Shown here piece by piece: positions 10,601 to 17,894 of a stretch of DNA of 53,281 nt (its first letter is position 1; each line of letters opens with the position of its first letter). The notes beneath the pieces were generated by a model, which saw only the letters and a list, made by a program, of their open reading frames with translations, was not told the origin of the DNA and made no database searches. Where the stretch lies: the IMG/VR virus record IMGVR_UViG_3300047094_001628, positions 1-53,281 of that record. One strand, 5' to 3'. The DNA is from a virus. Taxonomy: Duplodnaviria > Caudoviricetes. The translations under genes and the position numbers were made by a program.

Positions 10601-11267
10601 CAGATCGAGCCGATGAACTACCGCCCACTGGAAATTCATTTGAATATACAGTATATTTAATGGGCAAAGTAGATGATGGTGTGACCGTAGAGGTGTTAGT
10701 CGGGGTTTGAGTCTGTGTTTGGGTAGGTGTTGTTGTAGGGGTATTTGTGGGTAAAATTTGATTACACGAAGTGACACTAGTTATTATAGAACTTGAATTT
10801 TGATAATAAATTACATAACCTGTTGTTGAGTTGTCTTGTGTTGAACTCAATGCCCTATACCTATTTGCAACTCCTACAACTATGGGTTCATTAGTCGCGA
10901 CATCAAAAATTTGATCGCCTGACCCAAGTTCCGACAAAGGTTTACGAGTGTAACCAATTAAAATTAATGAAGTACCGCCATCACGTAAATCAGAACACGC
11001 AGTTGTAGAGTCTGTTTGTAACGTTAAAGTGTCCGAATAGACATAATATTTAGTAACAGAAGCTGTTGTACTCGGAAAATCAATTGTATTTGTTATGTTT
11101 TGACCCTCACTTGCGGTTAATAAGGTACCCGTTATGTACCAAACATTGATTACCTCACTAGGTAATATCTGTTGATTATCTATTAATATATTATCACCAC
11201 ATCTTCGATAACTAATTGAACTAATTTGAGATAATGTATTTTGGATTGTTGACTTTTTACAAAACAT
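4683..11267 (-). CDS. Giant modular surface/fibre protein (2194 aa): four PKD-like plus DUF285/BspA-type 26-residue-repeat modules separated by Thr/Pro-rich linkers
   Basis: Four (D/N)WGD PKD-like starts, many WDVSxVTxM/FNQxLSxW repeats, long TPTNTPT tracts, no signal peptide. Confidence 0.8.
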   Translation of the reverse strand: MFCKKSTIQNTLSQISSISYRRCGDNILIDNQQILPSEVINVWYITGTLLTASEGQNITNTIDFPSTTASVTKYYVYSDTLTLQTDSTTACSDLRDGGTSLILIGYTRKPLSELGSGDQIFDVATNEPIVVGVANRYRALSSTQDNSTTGYVIYYQNSSSIITSVTSCNQILPTNTPTTTPTQTQTQTPTNTSTVTPSSTLPIKYTVYSNEFPVGGSSSARSACDLLTTESAILYGYILSPLNELRPGDQIYDIDTNQPIQGSGDRYKAIADSSSVTTKYYIFYQTDGTTITDVQLCSMIGVTPSPTPTQTPTPTRTQTNTPTNTLTPTVTPTNTNTPTNTQTPTPTKTQGFVEPTFRSQWTTIENNETIQLPLVSYGDYNCVVDWGDSTSDTITSFSDNSHTYTNPGTYTISITGTIKGWSFSGDSVNALKIVKVLEWGPLQINNGAIQTRGAFQGCSNCEFSAVTGSLNMTDVTECISWFSDCFKFSDRAGTIQNSGLIDNIHLWEMGNVTNLGAMFSNSQWFNDPGIGVWDVSSVTNLPNFLSRITVLPFTGETYPVFNQPLSGWNVSNVTNIQNMFRNCPNFNQDISTWDVCNVSIATSFLYIDPNRIATGGTFNQNLSDWKMPLISPRPANFGGNQPSLSATTSNPNLPQFGTPCVETPLGMTGFFNPGSVKITYLITGFTASSVSTRVDFVNTLGRNVGGSIEIFGYVTIPPNQTSGQTRYDLADIDYNSLNGTSSFNSLAIVGDPSFVYTLSATSLFNQAPPVLPQVPEEYVDPDTPTLPFIFKIDTTRIGDSDFPISENEFTLSVFEVGLSYNINWGDGNSQTFTGGTITKQYNTPGVYTVTIGPPSGSTVGAFGGLYYPYLTGNPQPNVVKYSNANKISEVVQWGTMPWYNFDYAFRGIRDGLIISDEFYFPIFNTNSLNYTFENTTLIAPSQMNIQSWSVGTINEMKGTFMNLSASGQSSTIVNLSQWFVRNVTDMSYMFSYNNFTDSLSNWDVRSLVNANSMFLGSSASSGLTIGGWNVSKVTDMSYMFSNSNINSNIGNWSVCNVTGMTSMFSGASLFNQNLSTWSVGLIPSVPFGFSTGSQITFLPQFGVPCPTQTLSNTPTPTPTTPSSYPIYGRFGVTTYTTAQTACDNLEPTQIGYTTKPLSQLGSGDVLYYNDGTPISSFANRYRAFSANEDLSVSYVIYWQNSGSTITSSVLCSSVPTPTPSNTPSLTPTNTPSYTPIAYQDTILFYYAQSGDTITLPYISGGTYDGTIDWGDGVITSNSYNTRSHTYTNNVAPTANVSNGYPYIFVTTGATNVRTITISGKINGWKLGDATGISKRYFLGVGQFGDFRIGHNQGSWFDFGVVTSPNSNFDHYGLKLPLEIPFYLLEGVTNMDYAFRFSNPYFEQFVPYSFSGWNVSNITSMVGTFSYNGVVCDGLNNWDVSKVTDMRELSLGGSIGDVSSWNVSSVTNMASIFASMGNFSLAYVPTGIENWDVSNVVSFSGSFSSSIFSSNSTVTGISSWNVRSATNMNNMFLQSGMDTNPQLQFVLSGWCVSNISSQPTGFYTLGSGIFGIPIIVTPPIWGTCPPQPSRTPLPTKTPTKTPTSTPTTTKTPTNTVTPTQSRSSGSTPPPTNSQTPTNTPTNTQTPTNTQTPTPTRTQTNTPTKSPTPTPTQTQTSVTPTPTYTPITYQDTILFYYAQSGDTITLPYISGGTYDGTINWGDGVITSNSYNTRSHTYTNNVAPATRPRFVYTGASNVRTVTISGKITGWKLGNATGKSKTNFLGVEQFGNFRIGHNEGSWFDRGVVSNVYNQNELKLPSVIPFYILDGVTNMDYAFRSCNPYLTQLPGGSVLLTSFSGWNVSNITSMVGTFSYNSTYYPILGLDNWDVSKVTNMDQLSFGSSIGEVVNWDVSSVTSMNFIFGSSPGNFSTPPTGITNWNVSNVTGFTAAFRETIFNSTTSYTGISNWNVSSTTNMDYMFFGAGMNTFPQLEFVLTSWCVSNIPVEPTDFYSPDYGRFGIPIIMTPPIWGSCNTTPTPTPTPSITPSVTPTIGLTPTNTPTTSITSSVTPTNTPTTSITSSVTPTNTPTTSITSSVTPTKTVTPTNTPSVTPSQSGFVSYAYTNLGTGGSDPEACSNDGNTFYGIRASFSGLQIGDILYIDTNLNTPATGFGFVSNGIIHYQIDGGTGEITSISGLC
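4987..5116. repeat. Perfect 42-bp tandem repeat x3 encoding TPTNTPTTSITSSV
   Basis: gttactgatgacgttatagacgttgtaggagtattcgttggt starts at 4987, 5029 and 5071. Confidence 0.95.
5180..7560 (-). repeat. Internal duplication of a PKD plus DUF285 module (about 5180-6215 versus about 6517-7560)
   Basis: YQDTILFYYAQSGDTITLPYISGGTYDGTI(D/N)WGDGVITSNSYNTRSHTYTNNVAP occurs twice almost identically; both copies end ...PPIWGxC. Confidence 0.9.
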
Positions 11268-11282
11268 ACTTTTAAAATTTAC

Positions 11283-11290
11283 TATAAATA
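11283..11290 (-). promoter_or_regulatory. Candidate late-promoter motif TATTTATA
   Basis: Lies 15 nt upstream of ATG 11267; the same motif recurs before many structural genes. Confidence 0.6.
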
Positions 11291-11462
11291 CAAACGCAAT
11301 AGAAAATCGTTGAGTTAAAGAATACTTACAAATAAATTTTTAATCAAAAAACTTTATTCAAAACTAAAAATTCCGTAATTAAAAAGTTTTCAGAATTTGT
11401 ACTTGAAAACTGAACAGTTATCTCTGAGTGTTTGTTAGAGTTGGTGTTGGTGTTGGAGTATT

Positions 11463-14063
11463 TTACACATAAATAACATTAACACAAGGACATTGTGGTG
11501 AAACTGAATTCACTGTAAAACCACTTACACATTCACCTTGTTGTAATACAGGACTTAAATTAAAGTTGTGAGTATGGTCGTTTTGTTTTATTGTTTCGGT
11601 ACCACTAAAAATGGTGCCCAAATCACCATAAGCGGTACCCGAAACAACATAGTCACACACGGCATTTCCATTTTGAGTAAACCCAGGATCATCAAAAACT
11701 TTCAAATTAAAGTTACTACAACCCCCTAGATTTACTTCCAAATATTGGGTTGTGAATGTCGCACAAGTCGGGGTATTCGTCGGTGTGTTTGTGGGTGTTT
11801 GGGTATTAGTAGGTGTTTGACTATTTGTCGGTGTTTGTGTTATTGTGTTAGATGGAGTGTTTGTAGGTGTTTGACTATTTGTTGGTGTTTGTGTATTGGT
11901 TGGTGTTTGAGTCGGAGTATTAGTTGGGGTTGCCGTCGGAGTTGAATCAAGACACGTAAAACAATAAGCGTTCAAGAAATCGTATTTTGGTTCTAATATT
12001 CTTGCATTATGTTGTATTTCAGGTATAGTCAAAGGTTTAGCATACATCGAAAAAGAAGAAATTCCCCCATCAAATGACCCTGCAAAATTCTGTTCAATTA
12101 AAATATTAGTAGTTAACGCACTTAAACTTGTTCCACTCAAGATGTTTGGTGGGAATAATTCAGGATCTTGAATATAATAATTTAAATCATTGGTAGGAAT
12201 AGCACTAAAAATTAAATTCTCGTGTAGTCCTTGTGTACCTCCACCCCATGAAATATTAAATGGAACCCCCACTTGAGTTTCTTTATGGCCATAAAGTCCT
12301 CTCGGAATAATTTCTTCGACATTGTCAAAAGTTTCGAATAATTTACCATTTACAAAAATTTTGAATTTTCCTTTACGGAAACCTTTTTCCAATAACCACT
12401 CATTGTTAAGTTGTACCAACTCTTCTTTTTCAGGATTTAATTGGTAATGTGTTATTGGCGGTGAAATTAATGAAACTGAATTACTATCTGTAGATGCTGT
12501 GAATACTAAATTAGAAATTACACCTAAACCACCAAGGTAAACTAAATCACATTCATCCAATGCCGTATTTCTTTCAAAAACCACATCAATTAAAACCCAA
12601 TGTTCATCTAATGAATAAGTCGTTCCACTACATTCATCGTATATTCTTTTTGTAGTACAATAGTTGTTAATTGAGTATCCTGTTTGAGATTCGAAACCTG
12701 TGGTTTCACAACTACCACTAGTTATACAATCACCCGTCATAGTTAAGGTTCTAATACATATTTTTGGATTGGTTGGATCACCGCTAAATCTTATGGCAAG
12801 TGCGTTGGACATCCCGTTATAGGCTGCATCTTGTTCTGCTACAGGGACTTGTGGTTCATCAGGACAACAAGGACTTTCCGTGTAGTGATAATCTGTAACC
12901 CCAGTAGGTGGATACACAAAATAACAATCGGAATTATTGTATTCTAAAAAATTTAATTTATCAACAATCCAATATTGAAAATCTCCTTTTCCAACACGAT
13001 AGGTTGTAACAAATTGTAAAGAACTTGTTTCAGCTGAATACCCAATAACATTACCTGTTAAAAAAGCAAGTTCGTTATGATATACAACACAAGTATCCCC
13101 TGAAGTCCATAACAAATCCTGGCCAACTTGAATTGTCGCACCTGAAACACTCAAGTCAAAATGAGATGTGGAGTTAGTTGAGTATCCTAGATTTAGTGTT
13201 GTACAATCACAAGTTGTTAAATCTTTTAATCTTTTAGTTACCCGATCATAATCAGGATCTGTGGGATTTTTTCCTTGTGCAAAATGCCAATATTTGTTTT
13301 CGGCACGAGTACCTAAGTAGAAAAAAATACCCGAATTGTTTGGGTAATATTGGTTTAGAGTTGTTTTACCTGATGGCGTTGAATACTGATTGTATATCCT
13401 TGGTTTCAGTGTCATTTCAACTGTCCAACCTTTGGTATATCTTTCAGGTAGTATTTTATAATTATACCCGAAAAGTTCATAAAAACCTTGATAAAATCCT
13501 CCGTAAAGTTCATTGTAAACTCCAACTGTATTAGCTGTATACGATACCATTTCATAGGCAGTTTCTGCGGTAATTCCCGAAAATCTATGATTTGGATGGT
13601 TCGTATATCCGGTTACTTGAAATAATTTTAATCTTCTATCAAATTTTAATCGATCGAACTTTTCACTATCGTCCAATAACCCTTCAGTATATGAGATACT
13701 TTGACCTGTCATTCCTGTAACTAATCCATTGTCAGTACCTGTCAAACCTATATCACAAATACTTTTTCCTGAAAAACAATCCAAAATATAATCATAAGGA
13801 TTATAATAGTTTTCAGAAACTATTACGTTTTCCCTTTTATACTCACCAAATGGTAAATCTATTTTCTGAGATGATCCTGAAAAATTTAAATCAATTTTTA
13901 CAGGTAATACATCACCATCATTAGCACCAATAATTAATGGCGAAAAAACAACTTCTTCATTGTATTGTCGTTCATCATTGGCTAAAGAGATATCCGAAAT
14001 TTGTAATACAGGTTGTAAATACAACTTTGATTTGACATATTGATTGATGTTTTGATAAGCCAT
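11463..14063 (-). CDS. Large putative virion protein with a split LamG/ConA-like lectin fold and a C-terminal Thr/Pro repeat
   Basis: GWTVEMTLKP, FKIFVNGKL, NISWGGG and FDGGISSFSMYAKPLTIPEIQHN resemble LamG motifs; TPTNTQTP tract at about 11765-11945; Cys-rich. Confidence 0.6.
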   Translation of the reverse strand: MAYQNINQYVKSKLYLQPVLQISDISLANDERQYNEEVVFSPLIIGANDGDVLPVKIDLNFSGSSQKIDLPFGEYKRENVIVSENYYNPYDYILDCFSGKSICDIGLTGTDNGLVTGMTGQSISYTEGLLDDSEKFDRLKFDRRLKLFQVTGYTNHPNHRFSGITAETAYEMVSYTANTVGVYNELYGGFYQGFYELFGYNYKILPERYTKGWTVEMTLKPRIYNQYSTPSGKTTLNQYYPNNSGIFFYLGTRAENKYWHFAQGKNPTDPDYDRVTKRLKDLTTCDCTTLNLGYSTNSTSHFDLSVSGATIQVGQDLLWTSGDTCVVYHNELAFLTGNVIGYSAETSSLQFVTTYRVGKGDFQYWIVDKLNFLEYNNSDCYFVYPPTGVTDYHYTESPCCPDEPQVPVAEQDAAYNGMSNALAIRFSGDPTNPKICIRTLTMTGDCITSGSCETTGFESQTGYSINNYCTTKRIYDECSGTTYSLDEHWVLIDVVFERNTALDECDLVYLGGLGVISNLVFTASTDSNSVSLISPPITHYQLNPEKEELVQLNNEWLLEKGFRKGKFKIFVNGKLFETFDNVEEIIPRGLYGHKETQVGVPFNISWGGGTQGLHENLIFSAIPTNDLNYYIQDPELFPPNILSGTSLSALTTNILIEQNFAGSFDGGISSFSMYAKPLTIPEIQHNARILEPKYDFLNAYCFTCLDSTPTATPTNTPTQTPTNTQTPTNSQTPTNTPSNTITQTPTNSQTPTNTQTPTNTPTNTPTCATFTTQYLEVNLGGCSNFNLKVFDDPGFTQNGNAVCDYVVSGTAYGDLGTIFSGTETIKQNDHTHNFNLSPVLQQGECVSGFTVNSVSPQCPCVNVIYV

Positions 14064-14067
14064 ATGA

Positions 14068-14093
14068 ATAAATACAATTAGAAAGTATTTATA
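14068..14093. promoter_or_regulatory. Back-to-back TATTTAT motifs serving divergent genes
   Basis: Minus-strand TATTTAT at 14068-14074 precedes ATG 14063; plus-strand TATTTATA at 14086-14093 precedes ATG 14106. Confidence 0.6.
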
Positions 14094-14105
14094 TTAAAAA
14101 AAATT

Positions 14106-14918
14106 ATGATTCAATACGGAGAGGAATATTTTTTTAACAATATGTATTTCTTTATGAAGAAAAACATCGACTCTATCGATGTTTATTATTCGAACGGGAA
14201 AAATTTATCCGAATCTAGACGTGACGAGGAAATTATGTCTTTCCCACATTCTTCAGAAAAAAATTTAAAGTTGATTTTCGAAAAAATACAAAAATCCAAA
14301 AAAAGATTTTCTAAGAAACAAATTCAAAAGATTTTATCGAAGATTAAACCTAGTAAAAATGGTGAAATAGATGAATTGGTGGACTTTGACGGTAGTTTGA
14401 GTAATTCAAAAATTCCAATACATGATCCGAAAATGTCTCCAAGGAAAACTATGGACCAAACAGTATACGCAGTGGCTCAACCAGGAAATCCCGTTATGAG
14501 AGGATACCGAGTTTATTGGGGCGAAAGTGTTCAAAGAGAAGAAGATATGTCCAAAGCATTTGGATGGGAAGAAACAAAAGACCTATCTCCAAAAGAAACG
14601 GTAGATACTTTAGAAGATATGGGAGTTGAGAATCCTGAAGAAAGAGCTTTAGAGTTTGGTAAAGTCATCAAAGTGAACAAAAAGAAATTACCAGGTTCTG
14701 ATATTCGTATGATCGTTAAGGAAAGAAAAAATAAAATGAAAGATGTGGTAGAAGACATTCTAGCTAAAAGACATTCTAGTGGAGATATCAAAAATAAAGA
14801 AGTTGAAGTATCCGCAGTCTTGAAAAAGAACCTAAAATCTTTAATTAGCATGGCAAAAAAAGAAGGGTTAGAAATGTCTGACATTATAAAAATGGTAAAA
14901 AATTCAGATAATGAATAG
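14106..14918 (+). CDS. Hypothetical phage protein, possibly head-associated
   Basis: 270-aa ORF after a TATTTATA motif; charged, no recognised domain. Confidence 0.7.
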   Translation: MIQYGEEYFFNNMYFFMKKNIDSIDVYYSNGKNLSESRRDEEIMSFPHSSEKNLKLIFEKIQKSKKRFSKKQIQKILSKIKPSKNGEIDELVDFDGSLSNSKIPIHDPKMSPRKTMDQTVYAVAQPGNPVMRGYRVYWGESVQREEDMSKAFGWEETKDLSPKETVDTLEDMGVENPEERALEFGKVIKVNKKKLPGSDIRMIVKERKNKMKDVVEDILAKRHSSGDIKNKEVEVSAVLKKNLKSLISMAKKEGLEMSDIIKMVKNSDNE

Positions 14919-15378
14919 TCAATTGTATGATAGAAAATGGAATTTTCCCGAAGATATGAGAAATCATATGAAAATTTGTTTTGCTAAAGTGAAAAATGCA
15001 GATCAAAATACGGAAGGGTATAATCGAAACTTACGATTACAGAAAACTCAACAAGTATCATACCCTGAATTAAAAAGGATTAAAAATTTTTTTGATACCT
15101 TTCAAGGTCATAACGTAGATGCTCCTTTTATTTTGAATGGTGAAAATAAAATGAAAGATTTTGTTAACACTTGTTTATCAAATGCTAGACAAAGTATACA
15201 GGGGTCGGAAAAAATTAAAAGGGACACCGGAATGGATAATGAGTTCATTCAAGTACCAACCGCAGATATCAACCTTAACATCGCTAAAACAACACCAAAA
15301 AAAACAAACATACAACAATACGATTTGAAAGTAACAGAAAATCTTAAAAGAATAAACGAAATTTTCAGTAAAATTTAA
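14911..15378 (+). CDS. Hypothetical phage protein
   Basis: 155-aa ORF overlapping the previous gene; VSYPELKRIKNFF segment. Confidence 0.7.
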   Translation: MNSQLYDRKWNFPEDMRNHMKICFAKVKNADQNTEGYNRNLRLQKTQQVSYPELKRIKNFFDTFQGHNVDAPFILNGENKMKDFVNTCLSNARQSIQGSEKIKRDTGMDNEFIQVPTADINLNIAKTTPKKTNIQQYDLKVTENLKRINEIFSKI

Positions 15379-15383
15379 AAACT

Positions 15384-15674
15384 ATGGCACTAGAACCACT
15401 TGATTTTTCTCAACCAGAAAACAGACTTACAACAATTGCCGATGTTGAGAGAAAAAAAAACATTGTAAAAAATGATTTTAAACAACAAGGAAACGAATAT
15501 TCATCAACCAACCCTGCGGCAGTTGGGGATGGTGATGAAATCGGTAGAGGTACGGGATCTTACTTGGACGTATACAATGAACAAGCAGGCACCTCTGTTG
15601 ACATTTTGGAACGTAAGTTAAACATTAAATTCAATTTATATCAACCAAACAAACCATACAGAGTTGAACAGTAA
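15384..15674 (+). CDS. Hypothetical protein
   Basis: 96-aa ORF in a tightly packed operon. Confidence 0.7.
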   Translation: MALEPLDFSQPENRLTTIADVERKKNIVKNDFKQQGNEYSSTNPAAVGDGDEIGRGTGSYLDVYNEQAGTSVDILERKLNIKFNLYQPNKPYRVEQ

Positions 15675-16069
15675 TGAAACTTATTGAATCTCTATATCAT
15701 CTAATTTTAGAGGCCGCGTCTATTAACGATATTCGACAGTCTATAGAAAAAAAACAAGTGTGTACAATCTATTACACAGGAGATGAACCTGGTGGTAGAG
15801 GTTTAAGAGAAATTGAGCCACTATGTTTGGGTTATTCTAAGGCAAACAATTTAGTTTTAAGAGCGTGGGACAAAACAGGTGCTTCACACACAGGATATTT
15901 AGGTTCTCAACCTTTACCAGGATGGAGGTTATTTAGAGTCGATAAAATCACAATGTATAAACCTTTGCGAACAAATTTTAATCAACCTAGACCAAATTAC
16001 AATTTTAATGGTGACAAAAGTATGAGTAGGATTATTATTAATGCAAAGTTTAACGCACAAACAGTATAA
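15674..16069 (+). CDS. Stand-alone WYL-domain protein
   Basis: IRQSIEKKQVCTIYY...REIEPLCLG...LRAWD...GWRLFRVDKI matches the WYL pattern (R.VEP, R.FR.DRI); no HTH or WCX domain. Confidence 0.75.
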   Translation: MKLIESLYHLILEAASINDIRQSIEKKQVCTIYYTGDEPGGRGLREIEPLCLGYSKANNLVLRAWDKTGASHTGYLGSQPLPGWRLFRVDKITMYKPLRTNFNQPRPNYNFNGDKSMSRIIINAKFNAQTV

Positions 16070-16070
16070 T

Positions 16071-16625
16071 ATGAATCAAGACCTATTACAGAAGTTAGCA
16101 GTCGCTAAAAAAATTATGGATAAACAAAACGAAATGCCACGAGGTAATTCACCTATGAGTATTTCGTCACCTAGTGTTCAAAGTTTTGAACCTATCAACG
16201 CAAATTATAACATCCCACAAGAATTTTTGCAGGAACAAAAACAAGTACCACAACAAAACTCGAACGTTCCAATGTCCCAAAAAATTCAAAATTCTAAATT
16301 ACCAGATGAGATCAAAAGACTGATGTTGGAACACCCAATCGAACAACCACAAACACAACCTGTATTGTCAAATGAACTAGTGGAAGCCGCAGCTAGGTTA
16401 ATGAAAACCGATGCCGCTGGTAATACAAAAGGGGAACCAAAAAAAATTCAATCTAATTTTGATTACAATACGTTGAAATCCATGTTGAAAGAAACGATTG
16501 AAGAGGTTCTCACTGAAAAAGGACTTTTATACGAAGAAAGTTCATCGACTAAACAAGTGTTAACGTTTAGGGTCGGGAGTCACGTTTTCGAAGGTGTTGT
16601 AACAAAAATTAAAAAGGTTAAGTAA
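16071..16625 (+). CDS. Hypothetical protein
   Basis: Likely start at ATG 16071, directly after the WYL stop; contains SKLPDEIKRLMLEHPI. Confidence 0.7.
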   Translation: MNQDLLQKLAVAKKIMDKQNEMPRGNSPMSISSPSVQSFEPINANYNIPQEFLQEQKQVPQQNSNVPMSQKIQNSKLPDEIKRLMLEHPIEQPQTQPVLSNELVEAAARLMKTDAAGNTKGEPKKIQSNFDYNTLKSMLKETIEEVLTEKGLLYEESSSTKQVLTFRVGSHVFEGVVTKIKKVK

Positions 16626-16676
16626 ACACTTTTTTTATTCATCGTTTTTCTTAGTTTTTAAGTCTAAGAAATAACT

Positions 16677-17894
16677 ATGCAAAAATCAAAGATTAATATT
16701 TTAGTATTACCTTCAGATACTACAGGAGTTGGTAAATTTAGGTCATTAGATCCGCACATAATGTTACAAAATATGTACGGTGATGAATTTCATATTGACA
16801 TTGATTATCAACCTCAACTCAATGACATAAATTTTTGGAAAAAATACCAAATAGTACATTTCCATCGAACCATTGGTCAAAACTACGATGTTTCTGCCAA
16901 CCTTATTAAAATGGTTGGTCAATTGGGAATAAAAACAATAATGGATTTGGACGATTATTGGCTCCCAACAAAAGACCACCCCATTCACGATTTAGTCGTA
17001 TCAAATAAAATTCATGAAAAAATAATAGAAAACCTTAAAGTTAGTGATTATGTTACGACGACAACGAGTCTTTTTGCTCAAGAAATGTCGAAACACAACA
17101 AAAATGTGGTCGTATTTCCAAATGCAATTAGTAAAACAGAAACACAGTTTAATGCAGTTACAGAACCATCAGATAAGTTAAGATTTGGATGGTTGGGTGG
17201 ATCATCTCACTTACACGATATTACTATACTTGAATCAATTTTTTCTCGTATGCATGAATTCAAAGACACTACTGAAGTGTATCTTTGTGGTTTCGACATT
17301 AGAGGTAGTGTTACCGAAATCAACCAACAAACAGGTGAACAGAAAAAAAGGGATATTAAACCTCACGAAACGGTGTGGTACAAATACGAACAAGTTTTTA
17401 CAGACAATTACAAACTAATTTCACCCGAATATCATAATTTTCTTATGAGATTTAAAGAAGAAGATGATAGACAATTTTCTCACGAATTTTACAAAAGAGT
17501 TTGGACAAGACCTATCCAACAATACGCAAAAAACTACGCAAAGTTTGATGTATCGTTAGCTCCAATTAAAAATCATATATTCAATAGGATGAAATCTCAA
17601 TTGAAAGTAATTGAGGCTGGTTTTTATAAAAAAGCGTTAATTGCGTCGAATTTGGGACCTTATACTATAGATTTGACTCACGCCCTAGACAATGGTATAT
17701 TTACAAACGGAAACGCCCTTTTAGTAGATGAAAACAGAAATCATAGTGATTGGTTCAAATTTACTAAAAAACTTATCCAAAATCCAAATTTTGCAAAAGA
17801 CTTGGGTGAAAGATTATATGAGACAGTACACGAAAAATATAGCTTAGAAAAAGTTACAAAAGATAGAGCAGAATTTTACAAATCCATACTATGA
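16677..17894 (+). CDS. GT-B fold (GT4-like) glycosyltransferase
   Basis: MDLDD, VTTTT, FPNAI, GWLGGSSHLHD, DVSLAPI..HIFNRMKSQLKVIEAG. Confidence 0.8.
   Translation: MQKSKINILVLPSDTTGVGKFRSLDPHIMLQNMYGDEFHIDIDYQPQLNDINFWKKYQIVHFHRTIGQNYDVSANLIKMVGQLGIKTIMDLDDYWLPTKDHPIHDLVVSNKIHEKIIENLKVSDYVTTTTSLFAQEMSKHNKNVVVFPNAISKTETQFNAVTEPSDKLRFGWLGGSSHLHDITILESIFSRMHEFKDTTEVYLCGFDIRGSVTEINQQTGEQKKRDIKPHETVWYKYEQVFTDNYKLISPEYHNFLMRFKEEDDRQFSHEFYKRVWTRPIQQYAKNYAKFDVSLAPIKNHIFNRMKSQLKVIEAGFYKKALIASNLGPYTIDLTHALDNGIFTNGNALLVDENRNHSDWFKFTKKLIQNPNFAKDLGERLYETVHEKYSLEKVTKDRAEFYKSIL

Noticed and set aside
11283-11290. Plus-strand TATAAATA as a T4-type late promoter (also 45410 and 46464)
   Set aside because: Each points away from the adjacent gene start; the consistent orientation is TATTTAT on the coding strand.
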